From: Balanoglossus misakiensis
Taxonomy: Eukaryota > Animalia > Hemichordata
Length of the DNA stretch: 64,000 nt
Reading direction: 5' to 3'
Assembly: GCA_040954595.2 (NCBI GenBank)
Contig: CM082596.2
Coordinates: forward strand, 5,406,791-5,470,790
The notes under the pieces were generated by a model. That model had not been told where the DNA came from. It saw only the letters and a list, made by a program, of their open reading frames with translations, and ran no database searches. This document shows, piece after piece, positions 41,272-54,500 of the stretch. The first letter of the stretch is position 1, and every line of letters begins with the position of its first letter. Both the position numbers and the translations under genes were made by a program.

Positions 41272-41523
41272 TGTACTGTTGTATACTGTTGTTTGTTTGA
41301 ATATTCATGTGTTGTCGTTTATTGCAACACCCTTAGCTACCTGGCACCACAACTTACAGTGGTTTAAAGATGGGCTCGTTGTAATTGTTATTTTTCCCTG
41401 TACTGTTGTATATTGTTGTTTGTTTGAATATTCATGCGTTGTCCTTTGTTGCAACAACCTTAGCCACCTGGTACCACCACTTACAGTGGTTTCAAGATGG
41501 GCTTGTTTGTAATTGTTATTTTT
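41272..41523. repeat. Diverged tandem duplication, about 127-bp unit x2
   Basis: TGTACTGTTGTATA...GAATATTCATG...CCTTAGC...ACTTACAGTGGTTT...GTAATTGTTATTTTT starts at 41272 and 41399. Confidence 0.85.
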
Positions 41524-41742
41524 GACCATGTCTGGGTTTAATTTAAGACTGATCAAACCTACAAGGAGAATAGACGCAGTGATAGCATGAATGGGATAGT
41601 GATGACTACTAACCTTAACGTGCAGGACAAGTTCAGCATGCAGTCTATCCTACTTGAAGATGGTAACTATTTCTAGTAAAGTTTCTTCAAAGAAGTTTGT
41701 CTGGAAACAGTAACTTATAAACAAGGCAATTTGGCTGTCACT

Positions 41743-41748
41743 TTTATT
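41743..41748 (-). terminator. Likely polyadenylation signal of the adhesion GPCR
   Basis: AATAAA on the minus strand about 105 nt after the TGA at 41853-41855. Confidence 0.5.
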
Positions 41749-41852
41749 CTCCATGCACTCTTCCAAAAGACCTGTTCCACAACAGTTTGCATGCAGACAA
41801 ATCTGGCAGAGAATTCGGTGCAGGTCCAGTCTTTGCTCTGTAGCCCTGCAGA

Positions 41853-44800
41853 TCACAACACACCGTCGATTTTTCCTGCAGGTAAAGCACGCCCCTGTAA
41901 GAGAACAAAAAAAAACAAGACTTTGAGTGTTTTTCAGTATAAAAAGTTTCAGTTTTGGCCATACAGCAGCCCCCAGCATTTATACATGTATATACCCTTG
42001 AACATGAAAAATTGATTTATTCATTGGGAACACATTTGAAATGTTATCACATCTTTACATGTAACTGGCACCATTCCACTGAGGCTGTGTTGTTCAAAGT
42101 GGGTCAGTGAAACATATCAACTTCTGCGAAGTGTTCTCCTTCTGCATGTGTCTTACCAGCGTAAAGGCATTCACTATAACATCAGCTCTCTGCCTCTCTC
42201 TCTTCATCTTCAGACGTAGGCTTTCTTCCGCGCACTTCTTTCTCGTGGCGATCTCATCCTGGATGTCCCGCCTCATCGAGTTGCGGACATCTTCCGTCGT
42301 TCTCAGCTCCGCCAGGGCTTCCCTGTGTTCCGTGCTGCCGAACAGATGGACCCGTGCCGACTGCAACAGCTGTGGAAAGGGTGGGAATGGTCAGCTGTTA
42401 CCAGGGAAATTCATGGCAACCAGGAGAAGACAGACACTGCTCACACCAAATTTCAAAACCTTCCTTTCGCTACTTTGTGTAATATATACAGGATTGCTTA
42501 CCTCATGGTTGGTTGCAAACACACTGAGAAACACTGTTGATCCCTATCAAAAAAACATAAAGAGTGATCCCTCCATACTGATGATTTTGATGTGAATGGA
42601 AATAGTTTACTACATGCAGAACACAAACCATGCAAGTGCGTTTCAAACTTGGCATTTAATGATGGTTATAGTGAAGTACCAGTTTAAATAAATAATTCAT
42701 ACAAGCTCCTCACCTCAGCTAATATTGCGCCTGCATACAAGTATCCAGAGAGTAGAAAATTGGAGACAACGTAGAGGAAATGAAACGTCCATGTCGCCAT
42801 CAGCGAAAATGCCAACACACCACCACTGCGGATCTCCTCTCTAGAAATTCAAATAAACAGAGAAGCTACATGTATACAAACTTCCTTATTGGTAGTGAAC
42901 GTACAAATTGGTCTCTAAAGGTATTTGTGAAGAAGCCATATACTTCACGATAAAGCCTTGTGAATTGGTACAGCCTACAGGCCTTGTCTTCTTTCTCGAA
43001 TGTCATTGCTGACACTTTGCAAGTTCGAAAAAAATATGGACTGCCTCCAGAGGTTTCCAGCAAAAAATATTGAAATTGTAGTATTACCAGGGAAAATGAA
43101 AACTTGATAATTGTGCAAACTTTTGATGAAAATGTGCTTACTGGATTTGCTCTACCTCCAACGGGTCGTACTTTTCGCAAACAGCATTGAAGTAACGGTT
43201 TGTGTACCACAGCAACAGCACAATTGCCTGCAAAAATGGGAAATGTACATTTTTAGTGATGCGCTTGCATGGGCGATTCACATTATTTTCAATCTTTGAC
43301 ATGGTATACATTCAAAAACCCAACAATCAATTGGTTTTCTAGTTCAGCTTTATTGTCTATTGAAGTGAAGGACAAAAAAGTTGCAACTTGATTCATAAAT
43401 AAAAGACAGTGTTGTAAAAAAGTGGGTGAACTTACGACACTGATGATCAGTGCAATGGCTGAGCCGAACAATGATAAACTTCCCCTTCCTAATTTATGCA
43501 GGCAACTGAAAAAAAAAATATGAGAAATTGATATCACAACATTCTGAGATCTCAATTCAGGCATTGCAGATGGATAATATTTACCAAGGCAGTTTTCCCC
43601 AGGACAATTTCCACTAAACTTACCTATTGTGTCCAGCCAGTGTAGAACTGTTGTTTCCAAAGATAACACAGAATACTGCATACAAGGCAGGAACAGCCCA
43701 GCCAGTCAAAACATAGGCAATCCTAAGATAAACAAAAACAAAAAGTCAACAAATAATAAAAAGAAAGTCAACAACAAAATCATGCTCAGATTAAAAAAGT
43801 ATTTTTCTACATGTATATGATTACATTTACTGGAGTATTTCTTTTAATCTAGTTCCACAAACTCTATTGATTGATTGATTAATTGATTGATTACTTTAAA
43901 ACCTGTGAAATGGGTTAATAAACATACTTGCAGGTCCGACTGCTAAGAACGAAAAATCTCAGCTTGAAGAACTGTTGTACACCATGGAACAGCATCCAAA
44001 CACAATTGCTGACCAGCGCCAAATGCCAGAGGAAGGATATTGTTCCACAACTGGACTGCAAATTTCAGTATAAAAAACAGGGAAAGTGAATAAATCTGCT
44101 ATATGCTCATTGAAAAAGTGATGTAGCAAGAATAATTCTATGATTTTTATCATAGATATTGACAACAGAGGACACCTTTACAAATTTAAGCGCTGTTACC
44201 ATGGAAATTTGATATATACCGAAAAAAGAGCGCAACAGCAGTTTTGTTGATAGAGGGCGCACATCAACTTGTCATTTGAATATGGCGCTCGCGTTGGTGG
44301 GACGTCGTCTGCTGTGCTATGGCATGCCATAAGTTTGTCGTTTTTTAGTTTTTTTAACCTGTATTGACTCTGACAAACAAGCAGAATGGTCCGTTTTGTA
44401 TGTACGACGCTCCTGGATCAATTGCTACCATGGACAAATGGAGGAATTTGGTAAAAATCAGTGGATAATTGTGGAGTTCCACTTCAGGATTTTTATCATT
44501 TATGCGCTGTCTGTGCCACGTCGAACCCCACGGAAAAATCCAAGTAGAAACTGTGACTGAAGATGTTGTGCCGTGAAGAAAGTTATTAGCTACATAACTA
44601 TTCTCAGGTAATGTTCTAGATATTTCGAATAGAGGCCTAGGCCTACACCTATGTTCCAACATTTATAATTATATATTTGCGTATGCGGACGTGACTTGTT
44701 CTTATATATGTACGCAGGTAAGTGAACAACCTCAATGTAGTTAGATAATATTGAGAAAGGTTTCGGTTTAACTCAGTAGTTTAACATTAGCCACAATCCC

Positions 44801-47800
44801 AATATATATACGCATACGTGTGGCTGTTTTTTATTGAGTGTCTACTGTCTATGACATAGATATAGGTCCGTAAAACTCATGTCCAACAGGATTTGGGGAT
44901 ATTTTTTCTTCCGAACACGTGCGAGAAATCCTATCCCTGGTCGTTGGGGGCGTGATTCAATCGACTTTGGCCTCTCTTAGGGACTGGTCAGTTTCTTCAG
45001 CGGGGGGGGGGGGGATTCTAATTAATGTGTGCCCCACCCCTTCATTGAACGTGAAAAAGTGGGTGACCCCCTACCCCCATGATGTAATTACAAGGGAAAA
45101 TACAATTTGAGAATCAGAACGGGTAAAGCAAATATACATGTAATTTGTTGCCACCCCAGTATTCTCGAGAGTTGATTGCGCTTTATGTTTTAATTTGTGT
45201 AAGTATTATAAACGCGAAAGAATCATTTGTGTGAATACATCAGTCGACTGCTGCCTTTTATTGCTACGGGAAGTCCACTTTGGGGAAAATTAGGATTGAT
45301 GGTCAATAATCCCGGAATGATGGACGGCAAGAAACATTGGTAAGTCCAAAATTTTCTGTGTTTTTATCATTTTTTTTGTCCAGCATACGCGTATTGACAT
45401 GATGTTTTGTTGACCCATAAAGAGAAAAATCCTCTATTTCATCTAATTTATGGAAAAAAAACTTGAATTACGCATAAATGTGATATGTTGTGTGGCAGCC
45501 ATATAAGACAAGAAAACAGCCTGCAGTCACAGCTCATAGTATTTATGTGGTTTTAAGGCACTTTAGAAATTGCCTGTTACAATGCTACGTTTACGGTTTA
45601 GGTAGGCATATTGACATGGTTACCGACTAAAACCCCAAAAGATGATTCCGAATAATTTTAATTTTGCCCATTCATTGTACTAAAATGTATGTAATCCCTT
45701 CAACAGATCCAGCTGGTACAATCGTGATATCTATGGGTTGAGAATGAGAGTATACTTAGATGGTATGTAAGGTTTAATTTCTGTCTGAATTCAGCGTAAC
45801 ATATGTTCAGGTTAAATGGCAATGCTGCATTATATTCAATGTTAGCCTTAGGAATGATAGCAGTTTACAATCTTCAATCCATATTCATTGTTATCACTTT
45901 TCTCTTATTGTACCTAGGTACCATGCTTTTTAGTGAGAGACCTTGGAATGATTTTACGCTCTATATGTTAGAGCTGAAGAGGAAAACATCTTTGCAAAAT
46001 GTGATTAATGTGCTGTGTGGGAGTTTGGACCTCGTCCCTGGATAGGATTCTGCAATCGGATAATGATGGAATTACAGGAACTATACAACAGCAGGGAACC
46101 AGAACAACGCAGGCAGACAAGTTGGCAGAGTTCAAGAAACACTTGTGGAATCTTTAAGAAGTTGCTTGAATGAGGAAAGGTCAGCAACATCAAATGGTAG
46201 GACATTTTTACATTTTAAATTCTAAACGTGGGCAGGGTCAGGAACCATCTGATTAAAATCAGATGTAGAGTTAGGCGCTGTTCTACATCTGAACCTATGC
46301 CATAGAACATCTCGTTTTAGGAAATTGATCCTTTCGACCAATCACAGAGTGGCTTTCCCGATGCTTTTTTCACTTTCGACGACTTCATTTTTCTTCTCTA
46401 ATGACCGCTCTGATTTGCTTGAGAAAGGACGAGATTTAAACGAGATCACCTATGGCATAGGTTCAGATGTAGTGTGGGAGTCCCTTCCAGACAGAAGAGC
46501 CAAGAATCAGCAAAGGTAAAGACGGCGCCCAACACTACATCTGATTTTAATCAGATTGGGTCATGCAGTACTCTGCCACAACTTTTTTGGCGTTAACGCA
46601 CGCCAAACAAGTCCCACAGTCACTTTTGACTGTACACTTGCATTAGTCAGTGTTTAATATTCACTGACTAGTGAGCCTTACTGAACACCTACATCATTGT
46701 GGTCGAACATAATTGCAGTACACTAAATTTAAAAAATGTTAAATGCTAGGTGCAAATTGTTTTATAGATTTCCAGACTTGCCATTCACCTGTGATAGATG
46801 TTAATACATATACTCTCACAGGAGAATGGTACGTCTAAACCTGACATACCGGGTAGTCCGTTTCTGGCTACGGCCAATAATATAACTGACCAGGTGGCCA
46901 CGCCCCAAAATAGAGACTAAAAAAATAAATTCAAAGCAAAGTAACACATAATAATCATAGTGTCTACTTACCACATTTCTTGTGTGGTTCAGATTGATTA
47001 ATACAGTCACAGGCAACAGCGCAAAGGAAATAATCATATTTATCAACACGAAGTATCTGTCTCGCATCAACCTGCAAAAGGCAATGTAGAATGTGAATAA
47101 GCAAACAGTGAAGCATGAGTCCATCCTGCCATTTCAATTTTAAACACTTTGACGAAAATTGCCAACTATGTTATTTCCTCATAAACTTTGAGTTGAAGAC
47201 AGATCAACTTTTCCAACACCAAAAAGCACCACTGGTAATTGTAAACATGTACTAGTATCCAACATTTCAATCAATATATACATAAGAAATTTCAAAGATT
47301 TGATTGATGTTATAATTATTACCTGGACAGAAAAACAGTTATCAAAGTAATAGCCATAAGTACTACTGCTATGGAATTGGTTGCCAGCAGAATTCCATAG
47401 CGCGCCTCCTCATAAAACGGCTGCAATTGCAAAACAGAGAGAATTCTGTAAGTGTTCCGAAGCCAGGTAGCAAATGCTTGATAATGAAAGTCATCACTGA
47501 TAGCTCTCAGGCTGTGATAGGTTATAACTCGGTGGTAGTTTCCAAATGAGTTTGATTGGGAATTATATCTGCTCATGGATAAGACTGCCATGCAGGGCAG
47601 TTGATCAAAAAAGAAATCCAGTTTGTTCTGAAGGATTAATTTGTTCGTCCAGTTGCATATGGCACCCATATTGTTAACATTTGGTTGAATATAAACTGTA
47701 TATCTATAAGTCTTAGGGTCCTATTAGTTGGAGTATGTTTTGATGGGGTTTACAGGAAAAACTCACAATCGGCTTTTCTCCCATTGCCATGACAACAGCA

Positions 47801-50800
47801 AAGTTCGTAAGATGATCGCATTTGCAAATTATTTCATCGTTGGATTGCATGGATACTTCACAGCCATCAGTTTTCCAGACACTTTTGGATTTAAAACAAA
47901 ATATTCAAATTAGATAAATTAATATACATTATATTCATGTACATGTAGATCTATCATAGGCAAATTTCAGTCAACCATCCAGATGGCAGTATTTCATTTT
48001 CACGTTGCATTGATGTGTATGAGAGATATATCTAAATTTTCAGACATATCAGTCTTTGATGATCAGCAAAGGGTGACTTACCCACTCGAATCCCCATACT
48101 TCATGTAAGAACACTTGGCATCATATCCATTCTGTCGAGAGGTGAAAGGTTATCAAATTAGTTGTTTAACGCACTGCATACAGATGTATGTCCCCGATGG
48201 ATGATGTCTTAAATGTACCAGTTAAAAAAATGTCAATTTTTTAATGACAATAGATAAACATACTTGTTTGGGATAAAACTTCAGAGTGATGGCATCTTCC
48301 AGTGTTCTGATTTCGCCTTGGCTGTCGTAAAGACTGACCGACAAAACTTCAGTGTTCACTCGCTTCACTGCCTTTGTGGCTGTAATGGAGTTTACCCAGG
48401 TCCTTGTTTCTTGTCTGAAATGTTAACACAAAAATGGTAATTGTGTAGTTGTTGTACTTGGATACATTAATGCATTATACAGTAAAAGCCGGAGCATTTA
48501 GCAATTTGATAAGACGGGCTGAGAGCAATAGGAATACATGTATATCTTATATTGAATTTATGAAATGAGATAAACTTTTTACAATTAACATCATCATCTC
48601 ACAATACATGTCCTTACATTGAAGAAAATAGACTAAAATTACATCAAACTTTGTTAATCAGATGGTCAAACTTAGTAAAGGTAACATCAGCAACATTAAA
48701 TTCCATGAAACAAGATTGGCCATCTTAAATACTAGTCACTCACTTGACTCCCACAGCTTCAGCAGGAACGATCAGTTGTGCAGGATTCCGATAGATAAAC
48801 GTCACCATAACAACGTCTAAAGAATTCAAAAAGTAAAACAAAATGCAGCTGTTTGTTTTGACCGAACAATTATAACATTTCAAAGTCGTAATGTACCCGT
48901 AAGTTCTCATTTGCTGGGCCTGTGATAGAACAGCTGCATGATACATTTTATATATCACTCACAAAAAATCCCACAGTTGCACACACACACACACAATCAT
49001 CTGCACTGCGCAGAGAGCTTTCATGAATGGACAAACCTGAAGAGTTCCTTTCGCGCAGATAGTCAGGCAATATCACACATGTGCCGTTGCAGACGCCATT
49101 GTCCAAGTTGTCGGTTGATCGTTTAAATACTTGTGGAGGCAATGCTGGTTGGATTCTTAAGCCTGGTAATAAAGAATATAGTTGTCAAGATCAGTTTAAT
49201 AAAATTCCATAATGATGAAACTTCTGTCAATTTTATGCAATCTTGTGATTAATTAATTGCATATGCTTTTGAGACGGTATTTCATCATCATGAGGATGGA
49301 TTTCGTACAACTGTTAACAATGTTCGTACTATGCACGATATTGAGAGTGGTTGGGATTGGCTCGATACATGTAACTTGGGTGCTGATAACGACGAAACAT
49401 CATTCTACATCAATGCAGTGAACAGAAACATACCTATGTTCTTTGTAGTCCCTTTGATGATGTCGCTTTGTTTAGCCAGTGACCTCCCAAATCTCTCCAA
49501 GGCTTGAAAGACCATCACCGATCCACGGTCATATCCCTTTCTCTGTGTTTAAAAATGGAATGTGGGCTCGTTATGGAGGGGCTTGATTTTTTAAAACACA
49601 CTTTCCAAATATATTTGTTTGTTATTTTTGCTGGTTGGTTGATTGGTTCTATCAATTTGTCTGTACAGTATCTATCTACATTCTACACGTATCTGTATCA
49701 ATCTATGTATCTACAAATGTATCTACATGTATCTGTCTAGACTATCTATTTGTAGCATTCTATTTATCGCCTGTTGACATGTATGTCTGTCCTTCTCAAG
49801 ACTATCTCTTCGTCGAATCCATCTGCCCACCAGATATCAAAAAGAGGGAAACCTAAATATACCTTGTGTATGTACATCCACATCCTCTCCTTTTTATAAT
49901 CCAAAATTCTACTCGCAATCTCCAGGAATCGCTGAAAAAAGGAAAACAAATGTATATAATCAAAAAGTCAGTACCAAAAATTATATTGCAGACGTATTCT
50001 CATGTTATACCCATTTAAACCACGATCGTGATGTCACCAATATTGGCATTATACAGACCAGTTGCTGATGTGGCTTATAGAGAGTGGTTCATTCAAAAGC
50101 CAGGGAGGCCAGCACCAACGGGCAGGAGTACCATGTAGAGCATTGTGACCCAGTTTTTTTGCTATACCAACGTGTAGCCGCTAGTTTTTGCTGATGATAT
50201 AGATCGGAACTATCTTCAGATCGATTTCATGGACGTTTGAGGGAAAATAAACTAAAAATGTGACACTAATTAGGCCTACTGAATTTGGCCTAGAAAATTT
50301 TCGCGTAAGCTTACCATGTGCACGCAAAACCTCAATAGCTGTAACCCCTCCCCACATACATTACGTAAACACACCTGTAAAGTTCCATTTGATGCAAATT
50401 GCAGTTTTAAATTAGCATATCATTGCGGCGCATGAATATTATAAGAGTAACCACCTGTCAGGCACGGGGGCGATCTTGTAAGGCCCTGCAGGGCGGTCCA
50501 GAACCACCTGCCCACGACATGATTCATTTAGGAAGAGGGGTGGCCAACCAAATATAACAGTCAGCAATGAAGAATAAGCCTCCTTTGATAAAATTTTGTT
50601 CGTTCATTTTACTGTATCGTTGTGTAATAGGGCGTCTTAATGATACACAAAGCTCCAATGGTAACAAAGTCTGTCGGGGATCATGGTTGAAGATAGAGAA
50701 CCACTGCCCCCTTTGGGTCGGTGGTTCTCTATTACATATGGTATGTACTAGGTGGAGGTTGCGCTGTAACAACTGGTCATTCAGCATGTTTTGAATTGAG

Positions 50801-51549
50801 CAGGTATATATTCATAAATAGCCCAGAAATAAAATAACCAAAATAATATTAAAAGTTAGCAACATAGAGGATATTATCAGACTTACATCAACACATTCTG
50901 ATTTCACGTCTGGTTGTGCCGAGAACTCGATAGCGTCGAGGGCGGCGATGTCCAATAGTATCTTGGCAGAAACCATCAGATCACCCCCATAGATCTCATT
51001 ATTGTTGCGGAGAATGTTGTGAACGCCTCCCAGATTATCATTGGCTTCTTCAGTCGAATTGATCTCAGAAACCTGTGAGACAAAATTGAATTTTCAAAAG
51101 AAAATGTCAGGATGTGTATGTTACGAATCCTGACTGGGCTGGAAAATACCTTGAAATTTCAAAAACAAAAGAAGTAACACTACAGAATTTCATGATAGAA
51201 GGACATACATTTATTGCACTGTGTTAAGTTCTGATAAATTTCACATATGACTATTAATGGGCAATCAGAATTCGCCACAAAGTGGAATTAGTGCAGTTTT
51301 TTTAACTTTTTGACTGATAAAGGCAGTGATATATTCTGATACTCACTTGATTTAATAACTGGGACAAAATTGCCGACACACATTCGGTGGTGTCGGGTGG
51401 TAACCATGTGCCATCCACATCGCATTTCCGTTTCATGACACCTTTGAATGAAAGATAAAGCCTACCAATGGTTAGATGCAGATAAGTGTACTGTACTGGG
51501 AGCTGACAATGTCCATGGTGGAGTCCATGTAATAGTCTGTCTCTCTGTC

Positions 51550-51596
<47 letters not shown>

Positions 51597-54500
51597 ATCT
51601 CTCTAACACACTCACTCACTCCACGCACACCACACACACACAAACATTTATCAACCAACCAATAACTTACTCAACTGTGTTCTGACTTACAGGCCAAAGA
51701 TTTATTCAGTCCTCGATACCACATGCACAGCGCGATTATTTATAGTTCATGACAGATGCATGGCCACTATAGAGAAAAACATTTAGCTTGACATTCTGAT
51801 AATTTCGGCAGAGTCAATCATTGTTTTGGATCAGTTTTGCAAGTCAAAATATGCATTAGTTAATTACCGTAGGAAGTTCCTGGACAGGGTACCCAAGGTG
51901 ATGAACAGTTGGCTTGTGTCCTTTGCCAGTTGATACCGTCAGCAGACAATTCTTCGTCGCATGTGACAGCATCGTCATCTGCCACGAAAAAATGAAACAA
52001 AATCACATAATTTTACTCTGCAAAAATATCCTTAGATTCTAAGGATATTTTAATGAAATCCTCAATAATATCCTTAGATTAATATCACATAGTGAGTGAT
52101 TAATAATATTAAGATTCTAAGTTAGAATGTTAAAATATTAACATTAATACAAAAAGATAACATTTTCAAGTCCTTGTTTTAGGGACACTGTGCTCAGCTG
52201 GAAAATAAGGATGACACATTTTGACAGATATTAATTGTTTGAGTTCATCCATGAATCATATTTTTATACTTTCCTATTCTTTTTAACCCAACCATAGTCA
52301 CAGAAAGATTACAGTACATTTTACATAGATATGGAAGCAACTGTTGGATGCAAAGAACTACTGTAAATGTTCATTAGTGTGCCTCACCAAGGTTGTCTCC
52401 TGAACAGACCATTTCCTCGTAGGCGTCTTCTTGGGATTTCTCCGGAAGGCACTGGCCGAATTGGTCCATGTAATAACCACTGTCACAACTACACCAATAA
52501 CTGCCCGGTGTGTTGACACAAACTTTGTTTGTGTGAGCACCGCCACAGTTGTGTGAATTCTCTCGACACTCGTCCACGTCTGAAAATACAACCGAAGGAT
52601 ATAATCTGTCACTGTCTCTGCCACTTTGTGTAAAATTGGTTGGGGGTAACACAGAAAAAAAGACAAGTACAGACATTGTTCAGCAAGAACTACATCATAT
52701 ACCGGTACATGTAGTAAAAAAAAACTGTGGATCAGAACGTCGTCATTTATTATTACTTAGTGCTGGCCACTCTGTATGCTCGACCCCAAAAAAGATCAGC
52801 ATCGATCCCCCTCCTGTCCAGATCCTTATGTTTTGAAATAGTAACACATTTAGAATGACGGATGGAAGGAAATCAAACAATCACTAGATGTTTTGGTCAG
52901 TGTTTTTTTTTTTCTTTTCTGCCTGGTGATATTACCTATGCACGTGGTTGCCTCTACACCAGGGTTCCAGGTCCCGTTCTGGCACACTATGCTAGTGTTT
53001 CTGGCGATTTGAAACCCTTCTGGGCACGAGAAGAAGAGCTCGGCTCCGTCCTCGAATACCAGCGTCATCTTGTAGCCGTCTCCTGGTTCGGAATTAATGT
53101 GGCACATTAAGCCTGTAAGATCTGCAGATGCCGAGGAAATATCAAAGGTGTTTGTGATGGGATCGACTTAATGAACTGAACATTTGATAGGGCAAGGAAG
53201 GAAATGTGTATAATTTTGACGACATGCATAAATAGGGAATAAAGGTGCACTGTTTACAGTATTACTGATCCATATGCCATAACCATATTTACTATAGTAA
53301 CCATGCCAAAGAAACATCAAAGACGTTTTTTGGCAGACTCAAATCAACAGGTACTAGTTAGTGAAAATTTGATTGGGCCAGGAACGGAAAAGGTCTAGCT
53401 ACATGTACAGCTTCCATGTATCAGAGAAGTGAAATGGTAGATCCCGGACAATTTGTATTGGGATCACCGGTTGGGAATGATTAAAAGTACATGTATCAGC
53501 TGTAGAACCTGCAGGCATATTGGTGGTGCATCTGATGGTTTCAGTGAGGGGTTGTGAGGTAGAACTACTGGTGGTGTCTGCAGGCGTGGTGGTAGAATAT
53601 CTCGTGGTTCCAGTGGTACGTTGAGTGGTTGTGGCACTGGTGGTATCCGGTGTGGTGGTGGCGATTCGCGTGGTGGTTCCAGTGGTTGTCGCAATGGTGG
53701 TGTCTGGTGTTGTGGTGGACAATCTCGTGGTGGGCTGTTTCGTCGTCTCACCGCATGTTCCTGAACCTTAAATTAAACATGGTAAAAAAAAAAAACATTT
53801 TCAGATTTAACATCTCAAATACATTGTACCTCATGTATGTAAAACAAAACGTTAACCAAGCCTATAATTGGAAATATCTGAAAGAGTTGTGTTGCTTTGT
53901 CGTTGTAGTATCAATGTTTGTTACGTGTACTCAATGTAGATGTCACAAGTTGGCCACAAAGATTGGATCATACATTTGTACATGTACATGTACCAGCTAG
54001 ACCCTAAATTGCCAGTGGTAGAATTGAGGCAGGTAACCATAGAGACCAACATGACTCCCCGGCCCACACCAAACCCCACTTTCTGTCAGGACAGGCCAAG
54101 CCATGAGGATCAGGGCTGATGTACATAAAGTTATGACAACATTCAGCACATTGTTGAACGTTAAATACATTCTGAATTTGGGTCGTATTTGGCTTAATAT
54201 GCGCCATTGTGCATCGCGAAAGCATTGAGTTTTGCTCGGATTCTATAAGCAGGTGAAAATTGTTCCACAGTGTCTTACATGTTTCGCAAACGTAATATTT
54301 ATCAGAACCACAGTCTGCCCCCTTCCATTCCCCGGGACCCTTGTGTATGTAAATGCACTCATCAGATGGTGGGACATCACCAGATTCCCAGGGGATCGTA
54401 TAATCTGTCCTTGCATCACCGTCCGCCCAGACTCCATTAGCATGGTCGTAGCCAATGTAGACGTCACGATCGAACATAATTCTGAAAAACAATACCGCAG

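Noticed and set aside
42094-42800. Apparent stand-alone small membrane protein starting MATWTFHFL
   Set aside because: The frame continues upstream through phase-matched exons; it is TM6-TM7 and the tail of the adhesion GPCR.
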